Shown: one piece after another, positions 35,712-38,318 of the stretch
Position numbering within the stretch: the stretch's first letter is position 1
Layout: each line of letters opens with the position of its first letter
Source of the DNA: Octopus sinensis
Taxonomy: Eukaryota
DNA: 38,318 nt
NCBI RefSeq assembly: GCF_006345805.1
Contig: NW_021836808.1
Coordinates: forward strand, 1 to 38,318
Reading direction: 5' to 3'
Translations under genes and position numbers: made by a program
Notes under the pieces: generated by a model
The model's database searches: none
What the model was told of the DNA's origin: nothing
Seen by the model: the letters and a program-made list of their open reading frames with translations, nothing else

Positions 35712-36070
35712 GGAGGTGCAATGGCCCAGTGGTTTGGGTATCGGACTCGCGGTTTCAATTCCCAGACCGGGCCTTGTGAGTGTGAGCAAAAATACCTTAA
35801 GCTCTACGAGGCTTGGGCAGGGGGTAGTGGCAAACCCTGCTGTACTCTTTCACCACCATTTTCTCTCACTCCTTCTTCCTGCCTCAGTTGTACATGTATT
35901 TCACAGGGCCATTCTTGTCACACTCTGTATCACGCTGAATCTCCCCGAGAATAATGTTAATGGTACACGTGTCTGCGGAGTGCTCAACCATTTACACGTT
36001 GATTTCACGAGCAAGCTTTTGCGTTGATTGGATCAACTGGAACTCTCGTCGTTATAACCGACGGAGTGCC
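35712..36070 (+). mobile_element. Full-length SINE family C
   Basis: A box tggcccagtgg, B box ggtttcaattccc; tail ends ggaactctcgtcgttataaccgacggagtgcc. Confidence 0.9.
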
Positions 36071-36639
36071 GTGACGACAACGACGATGTATATATGTATT
36101 CAGGTATATGCGTGTTTCGTGTGGTGTGGTGTGGTGTGGGATGATGTGTATGTGTGTGAGTGCGCGTGTGTGTGTGAGTGTGTGTGTCTGTGTGTTATTG
36201 TTTGAGCAAGTATGCATGTGTGAGTGAACACACTGAAGTATGTGTACCTCTCTGATGAAGACTAACATATCTGTACCATTGTACTAGTCTCTTTGCCTGG
36301 TAACAAATATTCTTAATTTCTTCCCTTCTACAAAACTCGATATTAATATAAATTTAGTGAAATTAATAGTTTTCAGTTTCGGGAAATGTCTGCCATTCTT
36401 CCGAAAATGGCGAATAATTACTACATGAAGATTTTGTTCTTTAATTGAAAGGACTATTTCAATTTTCAATTAATTAATTAATAATTATTTTCAGCGTGTC
36501 ATTTAGTGAATCACAAACTACCTGAAATACATATATGGACAAGAGATTTAACCCTTGGGTGTTGTTGAGGCACTGCAGCTACACAGCGTATATTGGGCGA
36601 GAAAGCCTGGTGGAGCCGATCCCTCTATAGGCTAAACAC

Positions 36640-36935
36640 ATTTCTACAGGGGAGTCAACTGGAGCAACGGGAAATGAAGTGTTTTGTCCAAGAACACAAC
36701 GGATCACCCAACCCAGGGATCGAAACTACAATCTTACAGTGGTGAATCCAGCACCTTAACCAATAAGCGATGCGTCTCCATTAGTGGCACTCATTTCTAA
36801 AGCTGAATGGACTGCGGCAACGTGAAATGCAGTGTTTTGTTCGAGAACACAACGTATCGCCTGGTCCAGCAATCGAAACAACGAACTTACGATCGTGATT
36901 CCAACACCCTAACCACTAAGCCACGCGCCTTCGCA
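36640..36935 (-). mobile_element. Two tandem SINE D/E-type head plus central-domain fragments
   Basis: actggagcaacgggaaatgaagtgttttgtccaagaacacaac..gatcgaa..accttaacca occurs at about 36645-36780 and again at about 36790-36935. Confidence 0.75.
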
Positions 36936-37004
36936 CACTTACATATATACATACATACATAAACAACACACACACACATACACATCAATGTACCTGTCTA
37001 CAGA

Positions 37005-37360
37005 TATGCATGGTTCCGGGTGGCACCTTGGGCAAGTGTCTTCTACTATAACCTCGAGCCAACCAAAGCCTTGTGAGTGGATTTGGTAGACGGAAACTGA
37101 AAGAAGCCCGTCGTATCTATGTATATGTATATGTGTGTGTGTTTGTGTGTGTGTGTGGTGTGTGTGTTTGTGTGTGTGTGTGTTGTCCCACCAACATCAC
37201 TTTACAACTGATAATGGTGTGTTTACGTTCCCGTAAAAATAAACCGATAGAATAAGTACTAGACTTCCAAAGAATAAGTCCTGGGGTCGATTTGTTTGAC
37301 TAAAGGCGGTGCTCCAGCATGGCCGCAGTCAAATGAGTGAAACAAGTAAAAGAGAAAAAA
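37005..37360 (+). mobile_element. SINE family B lacking the extreme 5' head, internal (TG)n
   Basis: catggttccgggtggcaccttgggcaagtgtc..gaagcccgtcg..(tg)n..ggtgctccagcatggccgcagtcaaatgagtgaaacaagtaaaag. Confidence 0.9.
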
Positions 37361-37919
37361 GAGATATTGAGGAAACAACTTAGTTTTTTTTTATCTCTTC
37401 TTTCCCTTTTCCGGCCTCGTTCTAACTATAGCACGCACGTGACTGGAGTAGCAGCTTCTTCATCATCACCGTAGTTGTCATCGTCGACGTCGTCGTCGTC
37501 GATGTCGTTGTCTTCGTCGTCATCATTATCGTCATCGTCGTCATCGACATTGTCATCAGAACCAACAAACGGCAACACCAATACCTAAACCGTCAGTAAT
37601 ACGCATCCATCCCAATTTCTTCTTTAACTCTCCACCCGAAACACGTCAATGTCCATAAGACACACACACACATACACATTTGCACACACACATACAAACA
37701 CGCACACACATTTGCTCGCACACACACGCATACAAACACACTTGCACACATACATACATGCACACACACACACACATCCGTTTAATTGGCAAATCCAACC
37801 CTTTCCACCATTTGACACTCCTCTCAGAACGTAATTCGTTGATGTAGAGTTTCATCACCTCACCTTGGTTTCCATCCGCTTAACAACCCCTGCTCCTGTT
37901 TTTTGGTAGTCGTCCTCTC

Positions 37920-38030
37920 TGTTGCTGCTGCTGCTGCTGCTGCTGCTATCGCCGCCGCCACCGCTGCTGCTATTGTTGTTGTTTTTGTTGTTGTTGTCGT
38001 CGTCGTCGTGGTAGCTCTTGTTTTTTGTGT
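37920..38030. repeat. (GCT)n/(GTT)n/(GTC)n low-complexity tract
   Basis: Directly visible; a similar tract lies at 37460-37560. Confidence 0.9.
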
Positions 38031-38142
38031 TTGTTTTTTTCATTTGTACTTGTGTTTATATTTGATGTGTTTCTTTAAAAGAAACCAATTTTGTTCCTGA
38101 ATTTAATGCTTATTCAGACATCTTATAAGAACACATAAAACA

Positions 38143-38181
<39 letters not shown>

Positions 38182-38318
38182 ACACACACACACAAAATAA
38201 TTGACACACACACACTCACACACACATACACACACATACACACACACACATACGATAAGCAGGCTTTTAGTTACATACAATCACATACAACCACACATAC
38301 ACCAACGCACATACTTTA

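Noticed and set aside
36253-36275. ctgatgaagac, half of a hammerhead core
   Set aside because: No stem II closure and no GAAAC downstream.

Overview
Repeat-saturated, AT-rich, essentially non-coding eukaryotic DNA. The repeat families and compound microsatellites match my recollection of octopod (Octopus-like) genomes; this is an inference, and no database search was run. No host protein-coding gene can be supported, and almost all ORF-track entries are microsatellite translations. Recognisable content: (1) more than 25 tRNA-derived SINE copies or fragments in about five families, which I label A-E; (2) 3' remnants of CR1, L1/Tx1-like, R4/Dong-like and HERO-like LINEs; (3) a decayed DD37D (maT) transposase, an Hsmar1-like mariner deletion derivative nested in a SINE, and a hAT-like MITE; (4) three short microsatellite-anchored elements carrying Penelope-type minimal hammerhead ribozyme motifs. 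The most interesting signals are the hammerhead elements, SINE-A multimers that reuse one exact junction at independent loci, a SINE-A tail matching the 3' UTR of the L1/Tx1-like LINE, two perfect hairpins (17 and 19 bp stems), a duplicated homeodomain-motif module, and several unique-sequence islands that resemble regulatory elements.
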